NCBI GenBank assembly: GCA_030432195.1
Contig: JAUIHE010000002.1
Coordinates: 5,045 to 69,044, forward strand
Direction: 5' to 3'
From: Alphaproteobacteria bacterium
Lineage (GTDB): Bacteria > Pseudomonadota > Alphaproteobacteria > UBA7985 > JAUIBT01
DNA length: 64,000 nt
Shown: positions 40,102 through 50,077 of the stretch, piece after piece
Numbering within the stretch: position 1 is the first letter of the stretch
Layout of the letters: every line of letters begins with the position of its first letter
Position numbers and translations under genes: made by a program
The notes under the pieces: model-generated
The model's database searches: none
What the model was told of the DNA's origin: nothing
What the model saw: the letters and a program-made list of their open reading frames with translations, nothing else

Positions 40102-41223
40102 CTACCATTCGACTTGAGGCACGGGCCCCAAGAAGACAGGGCCAATGCTCATGCCCGCATCGCTTAGTTCGATGGGCAGCGACAGCAGAGGCTGACCTTG
40201 GGCATCGGTCTGGCTGGTATCCATGCGGGCCATCATGGCAACGGCAAAGCGGGCTTGAGCAGCCGTCAAAATGCCGGTCTCACTGAGCGTGTTAATGAAA
40301 TCGGTTAGGCCCGCCAAATGCAGGTCGATGCGCCCGCGTGGTTGCAGGGCATCGTTGAGGCGAATTTGCCCTTGGCCGCTGAGTTCCAGGCGTTGCAGCT
40401 TTGCGGATAGGCGTTGCAGCTCCAGAACGCCGCCCTGTTTTTGCCAGCGCGCGACGGCGGCTCTATCGGGCATGGCAGGCAGCGCGGGTTCGGCAAAGCC
40501 GTCCACTGCGGCGCTCTCCAAAAAACTGCCGAGCGCCGGTGCCAACTGGGCCGCACTGGCCCCACGAATGAAGGGCAGCTTGCTCAGCGCGGCTGCGAGT
40601 TTGTTGGTGGCCTCGGGCGGCAGGCGCACGGCGTCGGCGCGCGCCTCAAGTGTGGACCGGCTGCCAGGGCGCAGGAAATGCAGGCTCACGCGCTCGGCTT
40701 CGACCGGCAAGCGATCCAGCAGGTTGCCCGACACAGGCCCCAAGGCCAGATCGACCTCGTTCGGTATGGCGCCAGCGGAAAAACGGCTGCGCAAGTGGCC
40801 CTGGGTGACGTCGATCGTCGAGGCAAGGGCGGGCTGGCCCAAGGGCGCTAAGCGATGCCCGCCGCTCAAATCAAGGTCAAACGACCAAGGAGCATAGGCA
40901 GGAACGCTGACCTTTAGGTCGCCCTCGGGTGGTTGCCAGGCGAGGCCCAAATCCCGGGCCGCCACCTCAAGGCCCTGAAAGCGCATGTCAAAGTCGAAAG
41001 GAAAGCCCGAGACCGCAGCCGCTTCCACGTCAAGGCGGTTGCCGCTAACCTCGCGACTCATCATGCTTGCGGCAAAGCCCCAAACGGCTCCTGCCACAAG
41101 CAGCCAATAGATTATATAGACGCCGCACAGGCTGCCAACGCCCCAAGCGCAGCGCCGAGACCAGCGGGCAAGCGGGCCGCGTTGGGCTTTGGTGGGGGAA
41201 GAAGGCTGGGTGGGGACAGTCAT
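40102..41223 (-). CDS. DUF2125-like exported/periplasmic protein
   Basis: N-terminal TM; GNRLDVEAAAVSGFPFDFDMRFQGLEVAA; overall DUF2125-type pattern. Confidence 0.65.
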   Translation of the reverse strand: MTVPTQPSSPTKAQRGPLARWSRRCAWGVGSLCGVYIIYWLLVAGAVWGFAASMMSREVSGNRLDVEAAAVSGFPFDFDMRFQGLEVAARDLGLAWQPPEGDLKVSVPAYAPWSFDLDLSGGHRLAPLGQPALASTIDVTQGHLRSRFSAGAIPNEVDLALGPVSGNLLDRLPVEAERVSLHFLRPGSRSTLEARADAVRLPPEATNKLAAALSKLPFIRGASAAQLAPALGSFLESAAVDGFAEPALPAMPDRAAVARWQKQGGVLELQRLSAKLQRLELSGQGQIRLNDALQPRGRIDLHLAGLTDFINTLSETGILTAAQARFAVAMMARMDTSQTDAQGQPLLSLPIELSDAGMSIGPVFLGPVPQVEW

Positions 41224-41262
41224 AGCGTGGCTACTTATCTAGGGGTAAAGCGAGCAAAAGAT

Positions 41263-41484
41263 CTAGCCGCCGAGCTTGGCGGAAATAAGCCGCGCCCATA
41301 AGGACCAGTCCACGACGATATAGCCGATCATAAAGACCACCAGTCCGCCAACGGCATAGACCCACCATTGCAGGGCTTTGGGCAAGGGCTGTTGGCAATG
41401 CTCGCAGCGATCTTCTGAGCGTTTGGTTTGCTTGCCGCAGTAAGGGCAAGCACGGGTCATCAGGGTCTGTTCTTTGCGGCTCAT
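41263..41484 (-). CDS. Small zinc-ribbon membrane protein, hypothetical
   Basis: CPYCGKQTKRSEDRCEHC four-Cys ribbon plus one TM helix; 4 nt from the upstream plsC-like ORF. Confidence 0.6.
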   Translation of the reverse strand: MSRKEQTLMTRACPYCGKQTKRSEDRCEHCQQPLPKALQWWVYAVGGLVVFMIGYIVVDWSLWARLISAKLGG

Positions 41485-41488
41485 GGGC

Positions 41489-42259
41489 TCAGTTCTTCGG
41501 GTTTGCCTGTGGCAGGGGCGGTGCGTTGGGGTCGTCTATCAAGCGCGTGACCTCTGCTTCAATGCTGGCTTCCAGTTGCTTGAGCACATCGCGCTTGGAT
41601 AGGCCAGCAGGGATCGCCGGCAAGATGGACAGCGTGATGCAGCCCGGCGCAAAGTTGGAAAAACCCCGCCCCCAATAGAGCCCGGAGTTCAGGGCCACCG
41701 GCACCAAGGGCACCTCCAGGGCTTCATACAGTGCGGCAACCCCGATGTGATAGCTGGTGGTTTCGCCGACCGCGCGCCGGGTGCCTTCGGGGAAAATCAT
41801 CAGTTGGGGGGCTCGATCCGCCATCAGCGCCTTGCCGCGCTCGACCAACAGGCGCAAAGCCTTGCGGCCTTGCTGACGATCGAGGGCGATTACGGGCCAG
41901 CGCTGTACCACCCAGCCGAAAAGCGGCACATTCAGCAGCTCTTGTTTCATTACATAACCTGGATTGGGCAGCAAGAGACCCGGCATGAAAGTATCCCAGG
42001 CGCTTTGGTGCTTCATGGCGAAGATGCAGGCGCCTTTAGGCAGGTTTTCCAGCCCAATGACGCGATAACGAATTCCCAGAATGCCGTGCGCCAAAGCCAT
42101 ATTTCCCTTTAACCACAGTCGCTTGAGCGGGTTTAGTGCGCGCAATCCCAAGGGGCTAACCAGGATCATGGATAGAGCCAATACGGCGCCCCAAAGCCAA
42201 AACAAGGAAGTGAAAAGGTAACTGCGAAGAGTGTACATGGGGCAAGGTCGCTGGGGCAA
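41489..42259 (-). CDS. plsC: 1-acyl-sn-glycerol-3-phosphate acyltransferase
   Basis: MKHQSAWDTF (HX4D variant), LMIFPEGTRR, VPVALNSG. Confidence 0.88.
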   Translation of the reverse strand: MPQRPCPMYTLRSYLFTSLFWLWGAVLALSMILVSPLGLRALNPLKRLWLKGNMALAHGILGIRYRVIGLENLPKGACIFAMKHQSAWDTFMPGLLLPNPGYVMKQELLNVPLFGWVVQRWPVIALDRQQGRKALRLLVERGKALMADRAPQLMIFPEGTRRAVGETTSYHIGVAALYEALEVPLVPVALNSGLYWGRGFSNFAPGCITLSILPAIPAGLSKRDVLKQLEASIEAEVTRLIDDPNAPPLPQANPKN

Positions 42260-42515
42260 AGGGCAGGGTAGGGCCAGAGCAAGGGCAGGGCTAGGCCAAG
42301 GCTAGCAACGGCGCCTGCCTTATATCACCAAGTCTCGGCAAAGAAAATGCGCCGCGCTTGGGCTGTTGGGATATCTATCGCTCGCTACGGCTAAGGCCTC
42401 GGCTCTGCGATTGTTTCCAAAATAGAAACAGACTGGCGCTCGACATCGCCTTGTTTGGTCTGGTCAAGGATCGCATATCACGCGAGCAAACCGCCAAGCA
42501 AGAAGAGGCAACACG

Positions 42516-43469
42516 ATGGGCATGCTGATAAACGGCATTTGGAATAATGACGATCAGAAGAAGATTACCACAGGCGGGCGCTTTGTGCGCGAAGATGCCG
42601 GTTTTCGCTCCTGGATTGGCGACAATGAAGCTTTGCCTGCCGCGTCGGGGCGCTATCACCTTTACGTTTCCTATGCTTGCCCTTGGGCGCATCGAACCTT
42701 GATTTATCGCGCCCTGAAGGGGCTAGCGCCGCACATCACGGTGTCCGTGGTCAATCCTTTGATGTTGGATCATGGTTGGACATTTGAAGCGGGGCCGGGC
42801 GTTGTTGCTGACCCTCACATGTCTGCCGCCTATCTGCACCAGATCTATACCGCCGCCAAGCCGGACTATACCGGCCGGGTTACGGTCCCGGTACTTTGGG
42901 ACAAACAAACACAGCAAATTGTCTCGAATGAATCATCCGAGATCATCCGCATGTTCAATTCGGCTTTCAATCACCTGACTGGCAACCAGCTTGATTTTTA
43001 CCTCAGTGAGCTGCGCGAAGAAATCGACGCGGTTAACGAGCGCGTTTATCACAGTGTCAACAACGGGGTCTACAAGACCGGTTTTGCCAGAAAGCAAAGC
43101 GTCTACGAAGAAGAAGTGACCGCTCTATTTGAAACGCTCGATTGGCTTGAGGCGCGTTTGGCCAAAGGGCCCTATCTTGTGGGCGATGAGATCACTGAGG
43201 CTGATTGGCGATTGCTGCCAACTCTGTTGCGTTTTGATGCGGTCTATGTCGGGCATTTCAAATGCAATATTCGCCGATTGGCGGACTATCCGCGCTTGTC
43301 TGACTATGTGGCGCGGCTCTACCGCCATCCTGGTGTTCGCGAGACGGTCAATATGCAGCACATCAAGCAGCATTACTATGGCAGTCACAAGTCACTCAAT
43401 CCCAGCGGCATCGTTCCTAAGGGCCCGGTATTGCCCTTTTTGAGCGATGAAGCTCTCGCCGCGGCTTAG
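42516..43469 (+). CDS. Glutathione S-transferase family, glutathionyl-hydroquinone reductase-like (YqjG/Ecm4)
   Basis: YHLYVSYACPWAHRTLIYRALKGL, PVLWDKQTQQIVSNESSEIIRMFNSAF, YVGHFKCNIRRLADYPRLSDY. Confidence 0.92.
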   Translation: MGMLINGIWNNDDQKKITTGGRFVREDAGFRSWIGDNEALPAASGRYHLYVSYACPWAHRTLIYRALKGLAPHITVSVVNPLMLDHGWTFEAGPGVVADPHMSAAYLHQIYTAAKPDYTGRVTVPVLWDKQTQQIVSNESSEIIRMFNSAFNHLTGNQLDFYLSELREEIDAVNERVYHSVNNGVYKTGFARKQSVYEEEVTALFETLDWLEARLAKGPYLVGDEITEADWRLLPTLLRFDAVYVGHFKCNIRRLADYPRLSDYVARLYRHPGVRETVNMQHIKQHYYGSHKSLNPSGIVPKGPVLPFLSDEALAAA

Positions 43470-43477
43470 AACAGGTG

Positions 43478-43528
43478 TCAACTTCGACAGATGGCCGGGA
43501 ACCGCCGCCTAGTCATCTGTGAAGTTGA
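43478..43528. other. Long hairpin downstream of the GST gene
   Basis: TCAACTTCGACAGATG ... CATCTGTGAAGTTGA; 15 paired bases, one bulge, 20 nt loop. Confidence 0.75.
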
Positions 43529-43654
43529 TGATAATACAATCTTGCGTGTCGCTCGCCGTTGTTGATGCAATTGTGATGAAGGTTTCATTGATTTTTTGTT
43601 AAAATGTGTTACCCGCAGTCAGGACTAATTTTTTCATCGTCTGGGGATCATTTC

Positions 43655-44242
43655 ATGCGTCGAATATTTGCGATTGCTGGCCTGTTCGGGCTTCTGTTTT
43701 CTCTTCCCGCCGCTGCGCTAGATGCAAGCGCGCCAGCTGCAAGCGCTCAAGAGAGCGCGCTGTTCGGCCTAGAGGCGCAAGGCACCCAACTGGCGGCCAC
43801 ATCCTTCAAGAGCTCGCGGGTTTCAAACTATGGCAACTGGAGCTCGGGCCCGCGGAAAAACGTCCAGGCTAGCTTAGGGTCGCGCGCGGGCAACGTGGTC
43901 GCCAAGATCTACCTGTCACGTCAGGAAATGGAAGTCTACGTCAACGGCAACCTGCGCCACACCTGGAAGATTTCATCGGGACGTTCGGGTTACAGCACGC
44001 CGCGGGGGACCTATCGCCCGCAGCGCATCTATTCGTCATACTTCTCGCGCAAGTACGATAACGCGCCCATGCCGAGCGCCGTCTTCTTTAGTGGTGGCTA
44101 TGCGGTTCATGGCACCGGCCACGTCTCTGCCTTGGGTCGGCGTGCTTCGCATGGTTGCGTGCGCTTGCATCCCGGCAACGCCCGTCAGTTCTTTAACCTA
44201 GCAAAGACCTACGGTCGCAATATCAAGATTCAAATTCTCTAA
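43655..44242 (+). CDS. L,D-transpeptidase (YkuD domain), exported
   Basis: Signal peptide; AKIYLSRQEMEVYVNGNL..ISSGRSGYSTPRGTY, YAVHGTGHVSALGRRASHGCVRLHPGNAR. Confidence 0.93.
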   Translation: MRRIFAIAGLFGLLFSLPAAALDASAPAASAQESALFGLEAQGTQLAATSFKSSRVSNYGNWSSGPRKNVQASLGSRAGNVVAKIYLSRQEMEVYVNGNLRHTWKISSGRSGYSTPRGTYRPQRIYSSYFSRKYDNAPMPSAVFFSGGYAVHGTGHVSALGRRASHGCVRLHPGNARQFFNLAKTYGRNIKIQIL

Positions 44243-44534
44243 AGGGCGCGGACCTATCACATGGCGTCAGGTCCGGGATATAGGCCGTTGAACGCTTGCC
44301 AATTACGGGGCTGGTTGTCGGATGACAATCGGCCCTTTTCTTTGACCTGCGCCCGCGGACTGTTCGGGCGCCGTGCAGCATGACATTGCTGGTTTGTACT
44401 GGCCGCAAAAGTTTGCTAGTGCTTGCGTCGCTGATTTGCACGCGCCTAACCTGCATTAGCCGATTAATTTTCCCGCAAAGTCGCCGGTGCCGTTGGAATC
44501 AGTCGCTCGGGTCTTGCTCTAGCTCCAGATATCT

Positions 44535-44978
44535 ATGCAAAGCGTTACACTTGTACTTGTCGCCCTTGGCGGTGCCCTGGGAGCTCTATCACGCTATGGA
44601 CTTGCTGTTCTGGGCCAGGCGTGGGGGTGGAGTGGTTTGCCCTGGGCAACCTTGTTGGCCAACACGCTGGGGTGCTTTATCATGGGGCTGGTTGCCGTCC
44701 CGGTAACTGCCGCTTTGCTGGCCGGGCACGCGGATGCGGCCTGGGCCGGTGGTGTGCGGGCGTTTGTCATGGTCGGTTTCCTGGGCGCTTTTACCACCTA
44801 TTCCAGCTTTGCGCTTGAGGTCTGGCGGTTGTTTGAAGCGCCGCATGCCGGAGCGCGCGTTGCTGGCCTAAGTGCTTCGGCGCTTGGATATGCAGGCGGA
44901 ACGCTCGTTTTGGCTTTGCTGGCTTGCGGGCTGGGGCTGCTGCTGGGGGGGCTGCTCATGCAGCTGCGCGCCGCGTGA
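44535..44978 (+). CDS. crcB: Fluoride ion transporter CrcB/FluC
   Basis: GGALGALSRYGL, PWATLLANTLGCFIMG, GFLGAFTTYSSFALE. Confidence 0.93.
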   Translation: MQSVTLVLVALGGALGALSRYGLAVLGQAWGWSGLPWATLLANTLGCFIMGLVAVPVTAALLAGHADAAWAGGVRAFVMVGFLGAFTTYSSFALEVWRLFEAPHAGARVAGLSASALGYAGGTLVLALLACGLGLLLGGLLMQLRAA

Positions 44979-45030
44979 TCTGGACTGCCTCCGCCTTTTG
45001 CTATGCGACCGACCCAATAAGGACCCTGCG

Positions 45031-46035
45031 ATGAGCAAGACCGCTGTTACCCAAGAGACCGTTGCTCGTGAATTCGACGGCCAGCGCTTGGATCGCTGGT
45101 TCAAACAGCACCGACCCGGCCTCAGTTTTGGGCGTCTGTCGAAGTTGCTGCGCACGGGGCAAATTCGGGTCGATTCCAAGCGCGCCAAGCCCGACACCCG
45201 ACTGAGCGCCGGGCAGATTATCCGCATTCCACCGTTGGACATCGAAGCGCTGGCAGCGCCTGCGGGCAGCACGACGGCCGCGCGTCCCTCGCTCAGTGAA
45301 GCAGACCGGAGCCTTTTAGACGACGCGCTGATCTATGAAGACGATGATCTGGTAGCGCTCAACAAACCGCCGGGGTTGGCGGTGCAAGGCGGGTCGGGCA
45401 CGTCACGACACCTGGATGGCATGGTCGCCGCTTGGCGCAAGCAGGGCCGGTTGCGCTTGGTTCACCGTCTGGACAAAGACACTTCTGGCTTGATTTTGCT
45501 GGCAAAGAGCGTCGGCGCGGCCAATCGTTTGACGCAAGCGTTTAAGACCGGCCAGATTGAAAAGACCTATTGGGCGATCGTCGTTGGGCGTCCGCCCTTT
45601 TTGTCCGGCGAGATCAAAGCCCCCATCGCCAAAATGCCAGGCGGTGGCACAGGCGCGGAAAAGATGATGGTCAGCGATCAAGGCCAGTTCGCATTGACCC
45701 ATTATCAGGTGGTGGACCGCGCGGGCCATCGGGCGGCCTGGCTGGCGCTGTCGCCGCGTACCGGTCGCACGCATCAGCTTCGCGTGCATTGTTTGCACAT
45801 GGAAACGCCGATCTTGGGCGATGGTAAGTATGGCGGCCAGCAAGCCTTTTTGGATGGCCTGGATTTATCGCGCAAATTGCACCTGCACGCCCGTCAGCTT
45901 GTGGTCCCCCACCCCGAGCTAGGCGAGTTGCGGCTAACCGCCGACCTGCCGCCGCACATGGTGACGACGTTTGAAACCTTGGGCTTCAGCCTGGGCCAGG
46001 CCCGCGATTTGGATGAAGACGCGCCCTGGCGCTAA
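45031..46035 (+). CDS. rluC: RluC/RluD-family 23S rRNA pseudouridine synthase
   Basis: S4-like N-terminus, LVHRLDKDTSGLILLAKS, TGRTHQLRVHCLHMETPILGDGKYGG; probable start at 45031 inside ORF 44872-46035. Confidence 0.92.
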   Translation: MSKTAVTQETVAREFDGQRLDRWFKQHRPGLSFGRLSKLLRTGQIRVDSKRAKPDTRLSAGQIIRIPPLDIEALAAPAGSTTAARPSLSEADRSLLDDALIYEDDDLVALNKPPGLAVQGGSGTSRHLDGMVAAWRKQGRLRLVHRLDKDTSGLILLAKSVGAANRLTQAFKTGQIEKTYWAIVVGRPPFLSGEIKAPIAKMPGGGTGAEKMMVSDQGQFALTHYQVVDRAGHRAAWLALSPRTGRTHQLRVHCLHMETPILGDGKYGGQQAFLDGLDLSRKLHLHARQLVVPHPELGELRLTADLPPHMVTTFETLGFSLGQARDLDEDAPWR

Positions 46036-46074
46036 GGCAGGACAGATGCGGCAATCGACGCTGACGAAATTGGA

Positions 46075-46755
46075 GTGTTCATGAACCAACCCGCACACCG
46101 CTTCCGGCTTTTGGCTTTCGATTTTGACGGTACGCTGGCCGACAGCAGTGCCAATATCTATTATGCCGCCCAAGGGGCGTTTCGCGCACTTGGCTTGGAC
46201 TATCCAGGAGACGCGGCCGTGGGCGCGACCGTTGGCTTGGACCTGATGGGCTGCGCGCGGCGCTGGTTGCCAGAGGGCAGCGAACAGGATCACCTGGCGT
46301 TGGCCGACGCCTACCGCCACAGCTTTGTGAGTATGCGCCAGCAAGACGACTTCCACGAGCCCTTGTTTCAAGGCGTAAGGGAGACCCTGAGTGCGCTCAG
46401 CCATGATGCCGTGTTCATGGGAATTTGTACGGGTAAGAATCGGCGTGGCCTGGATCACATGCTGGGCTATCACGGCATCGATCACCATTTTCACACCCTG
46501 CAAACGCCGGATACCAATGCCTCCAAACCAGCGCCGGACATGGTGTTCAGCGCGTTGAACGAGACAGGATGCGAGGCGCCTGATTGCGTCGTCATTGGCG
46601 ACACAACCTTTGATATGGCGATGGCCAAGGCTGCGGGTGCCGTGGCGATTGGCGTTTCCTATGGGCACCATCTGGAAGAACAACTCTTGCAGGCGGGGGC
46701 AGACCTGATGATCCATACCATGACAGAATTACCCGACGCGCTGTCACGGCTGTAG
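46075..46755 (+). CDS. HAD-IA family hydrolase (phosphoglycolate phosphatase-like)
   Basis: LAFDFDGTLADSSANIYYAA, CIGTGKNRRGLD, KPAPDMVFSALNE, VIGDTTFDMAMAKAAG. Confidence 0.92.
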   Translation: MFMNQPAHRFRLLAFDFDGTLADSSANIYYAAQGAFRALGLDYPGDAAVGATVGLDLMGCARRWLPEGSEQDHLALADAYRHSFVSMRQQDDFHEPLFQGVRETLSALSHDAVFMGICTGKNRRGLDHMLGYHGIDHHFHTLQTPDTNASKPAPDMVFSALNETGCEAPDCVVIGDTTFDMAMAKAAGAVAIGVSYGHHLEEQLLQAGADLMIHTMTELPDALSRL

Positions 46756-46814
46756 AACAGGCCCGCCTCGATTTAATGCCGGCCCGCCTAGGTGTCGGCA
46801 GGCCAGGGGTTGCA

Positions 46815-48110
46815 TCAGCTTGGCAGGATTCCTGTCGCCATTACCGGCAGTTTGGCTCCAAAGCCTTGGCCGAATCCCATTGCTTCAGTTATGAGCCGCT
46901 TTTTCAGCCGCGGCATGCGGTCCACGACCGCAAGGCCCATGTCGCGGGCGATCCGCAGCGGCGGGAACCCGGTTGAGAATAGCCGGTCAAGCGCATCGGT
47001 TGCGGCCAGCATGGCGGCATTATCGGGGCGCCGCCAGGCTTGATAGCGCTCCAGTTGATGCAAGTCGCCTAAGGCCAGGCCGCGTTTGCGCGACTCCACT
47101 AAGTTTTCGGCCAGGCTCGCGATGTCTTTGAGCGCCAGATTAAAGCCCTGGCCTGCGATGGGGTGAACGCCGTGGGCGGCATCGCCGACCAACGCCAGCC
47201 CCGGCATCACATAGCGGTCAGCATGCTGCGCGGACAGCGGGTAGACCCAGCGTTGCCCCACGGGCGTCAGGCGCCCCAGCCATGGGCCAAAGCTGGCGTT
47301 CAGGCAGTCGGCCAAGTCGTTTTGATCAAGTTTTGACAGGCCCTTAACGGCCGCCTCTGATTTCGTCCAGACCAGAGAAGAACGATGGGTGCCGTCCGGT
47401 AGGTCGGGCAGGGGCAGGGCTGCGAAGGGACCGTCTGGCATGAAGTGCTCATAGGCCCAATTGTTGTGCGGCTGCTCGTGGTGCAGGCAGGTCACCAGCG
47501 CCCACTGATTATAGGGGATAAAGCGCAGCCCGATCTTGGCGGCCTTGCGGGTCGGGGAGGGGCGTCCGTCGCAGGCCAGGACCAAATCAGCTTGCAAGCG
47601 GCGTCCGTCCTTCATGCCCAGGACGGGAAGCGGGTCAGAAAAATCGAAATCGGCGACCTCGCACTCAGTCCAAAGCTTGTCGCCCAGCGCCTTGCTCATC
47701 GCCTGGAACAGGACGCGGCGGATGGGCTGGTTTTCCGTGATGTAGCCCATGGGCCCGCTTTTGTAGGTCTCGGCCTCACGAAGCCCCAGGTCGTCGACAT
47801 TGAAGGTCATTTGCAGCGGCGAAATTCGGCCGTTGCGTTTGGCGTCTGTAATGCGGATGTGATCGATGGCGCTGGCATAGGGCGCCATATCGTCCCACAG
47901 CTCCAGGGCCTCAAAGATCTGTTGCCCTGCCTTTGCAATAGCATGGCCGCGTCCGTCGAACCCGTCGTCTAGCGTGGTTGGGTAGGGCGCGCGCTCAATC
48001 AAACGCACGTCAAAGCCAAGGCGCGCAAAGGTGATGGCGGTCGTCATGCCGGCAAAACTGCCGCCGATAATGGCTATTTCACAGCGTTCGCTGGCGGGGG
48101 CGGTTGGCAT
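46815..48110 (-). CDS. UbiH/UbiF-family FAD-dependent monooxygenase
   Basis: IAIIGGSFAGMTTAITFARLG, ADLVLACDGRPSPTRK, LALVGDAAHGVHPIAGQGFNLALKD. Confidence 0.9.
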   Translation of the reverse strand: MPTAPASERCEIAIIGGSFAGMTTAITFARLGFDVRLIERAPYPTTLDDGFDGRGHAIAKAGQQIFEALELWDDMAPYASAIDHIRITDAKRNGRISPLQMTFNVDDLGLREAETYKSGPMGYITENQPIRRVLFQAMSKALGDKLWTECEVADFDFSDPLPVLGMKDGRRLQADLVLACDGRPSPTRKAAKIGLRFIPYNQWALVTCLHHEQPHNNWAYEHFMPDGPFAALPLPDLPDGTHRSSLVWTKSEAAVKGLSKLDQNDLADCLNASFGPWLGRLTPVGQRWVYPLSAQHADRYVMPGLALVGDAAHGVHPIAGQGFNLALKDIASLAENLVESRKRGLALGDLHQLERYQAWRRPDNAAMLAATDALDRLFSTGFPPLRIARDMGLAVVDRMPRLKKRLITEAMGFGQGFGAKLPVMATGILPS

Positions 48111-48584
48111 GAGCAGGCTCCTTTCGCAAGAGCGAGGGATGGAAGAAATGGCGGTGCGCCTTGGGTGTCCACAGGCGAGACACGGCTGATGCTCTCAATA
48201 TAGAAGGCTAGGGCCCAGTTGCGGCTAGGACAAGGAAGCGCAGCGGCATTCTACGGCCTTCTCGTGCAAGTTGGAGCAGTTCGCAAGAAATGATTAAAAG
48301 TTAGCCAATACTGAAAAACGATCAAAAAAATGGCTGAAAAATGTTCATGAGTGATGAAAAATTAATCTATTGATTGATCGTATTCGCCGCTGCCTTCCCC
48401 TCGATTGGCTGCAATCTTGATCACCTAAGCATATGGATAACAACAATAAAATGGAGATCTTGGCGAGTTGGCACGATCTGTGAAAGGAGAAAGCGAGAGG
48501 CAGAGCCACACCCGCGGCTTTGTTCCCGCCAAAGAAAGACAACCCTAACCTCCAAATCACAATGACCAACTAGGGAAAAACCTT

Positions 48585-49991
48585 ATGTTTCGAGCTTCCT
48601 TGAGCAAACTAAACCCGATACCCAGCCCAAAGATCCGACCGCTGGCGGCCCGGGCCCACGCATCCGCTGGAGTCTCGACCCCCACGCTCGCACTGGCCTT
48701 GCTGGCTGGTGGCTGGCTGGTGATGGGCAGTCCAGCGCAAGCCGCTGTTGACCCTGAAATCGCACACATCTTTAACACCTTCTCCTTCTTGGTTTGCGGC
48801 GCCTTGGTGATGTTCATGGCCGCTGGCTTTGCCATGCTTGAGGCCGGACTGGTGCGTTCAAAGAACGTGGCCACCATCTGTTTGAAGAACATCGCGCTCT
48901 ACGCTGTGGCCGGGCTGCTGTTCTATTTGGTCGGCTATTCGATCATGTATCCAGGCGACGCTTGGCTGACAGGCAGCCTTGAATACCTCGGCTTTTCCAA
49001 CGCTGGCTTCCTCTACAACGCCACCGATGCTTCAGCGCCTGACCTGGCGACCGGCTATTCGGTGTCGTCAGACTGGTTCTTCCAGATGGTCTTTGTTGCG
49101 ACCGCCGCTTCAGTGGTCTCAGGCACTATTGCCGAACGTACCAAACTGTGGAGCTTCATGGTCTTCGTCGTCGTGCTTACCGGCATTATTTATCCGATCC
49201 AGGGGTCTTGGACTTGGGGCGCAGGCTGGTTGGCCGACTTGGGCTTTAGTGATTTTGCAGGTTCGACCATCGTACACTCTGTTGGTGGCTGGGCGGCATT
49301 GGTCGGCGCTTTGATGGTTGGCCCGCGTATTGGCAAGTTCAGCGGCAAGAAGATCAACGCTCTGCCGGGCTCCAGCATGCCCTTGGCGACCCTGGGTACG
49401 TTCATCTTGTGGCTCGGCTGGTTCGGTTTCAACGGCGGCTCCGTGCTGGCCCTTGGTTCGGCCGATAGCGCAACTGCCATGTCTATTGTCTTTGTGAACA
49501 CCAATTTGGCCGCCGCCGGAGGCGTTGTCGCTGCCATGCTGACCGCTCAGCTTTGGTTCGGTAAAGTCGATTTGACCATGGCTCTGAATGGTGCGCTGGC
49601 TGGTCTTGTCTCTATTACCGCTGGTCCGGACCTGTCCAATCACTTGCTGTCGATCGTGATCGGAAGCATTGGCGGCGCGCTGTGTGTGGCCTCGGTCGTT
49701 GTCCTGGAGCGCTTGCGGATTGACGATGTGGTCGGCGCAATCTCGGTCCACTTGGTTTGCGGTATCTGGGGAACGCTGGCCGTCGGTATCTTCGGCGCAG
49801 GCGACCTGGGCGTTCAAATCGTTGGTATCCTGGCCATTGGTGCCTTTGTGTCCATCGCTTCCTTGATTACTTGGTTTGTTATCGACGTGACCATGGGTCT
49901 GCGGGTTAGCACCGAAGATGAAATCTCTGGCCTGGATGAAGCTGAAGTTGGCCTTCAGGCTTACCCCGAGTTCGGCAAGAACTCCTTCTAA
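48585..49991 (+). CDS. amtB: Ammonium transporter
   Basis: Signal-like N-terminus; MFMAAGFAMLEAGLVRSKN, DFAGSTIVHSVGGWAAL, LGTFILWLGWFGFNGGS. Confidence 0.96.
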   Translation: MFRASLSKLNPIPSPKIRPLAARAHASAGVSTPTLALALLAGGWLVMGSPAQAAVDPEIAHIFNTFSFLVCGALVMFMAAGFAMLEAGLVRSKNVATICLKNIALYAVAGLLFYLVGYSIMYPGDAWLTGSLEYLGFSNAGFLYNATDASAPDLATGYSVSSDWFFQMVFVATAASVVSGTIAERTKLWSFMVFVVVLTGIIYPIQGSWTWGAGWLADLGFSDFAGSTIVHSVGGWAALVGALMVGPRIGKFSGKKINALPGSSMPLATLGTFILWLGWFGFNGGSVLALGSADSATAMSIVFVNTNLAAAGGVVAAMLTAQLWFGKVDLTMALNGALAGLVSITAGPDLSNHLLSIVIGSIGGALCVASVVVLERLRIDDVVGAISVHLVCGIWGTLAVGIFGAGDLGVQIVGILAIGAFVSIASLITWFVIDVTMGLRVSTEDEISGLDEAEVGLQAYPEFGKNSF

Positions 49992-49993
49992 CA

Positions 49994-50077
49994 TCGCCGA
50001 TAGCGGCGACGATGAAGGCCACCGAGACGAGGCCTTCAGATCTGGCGAGCCAGTGGTTTCAACAAACTGGCCGCCAG
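49994..50077. other. Three successive hairpins in the amtB 3' region
   Basis: TCGCCG-ATAG-CGGCGA; TGAAGGCC-N10-GGCCTTCA; CTGGCGAGCCAGT-N11-ACTGGCCGCCAG. Confidence 0.75.

Noticed and set aside
42250-42310. Imperfect duplication AGGGCAGGG(C)TAGG(G)CCA upstream of plsC.
   Set aside because: Low-complexity purine-rich sequence; only about two degenerate copies.
44243-44534. Possible fluoride riboswitch before crcB.
   Set aside because: I looked for the crcB-motif core and pseudoknot-forming segments and did not find a convincing match; only a simple CGGACCT/AGGTCCG hairpin at 44249-44275.
48468-48484. Possible sigma54 promoter TTGGCACGATCTGTGAA before amtB.
   Set aside because: The -24 element fits but the -12 element (GTGAA instead of TTGCA) does not; not called as a feature.
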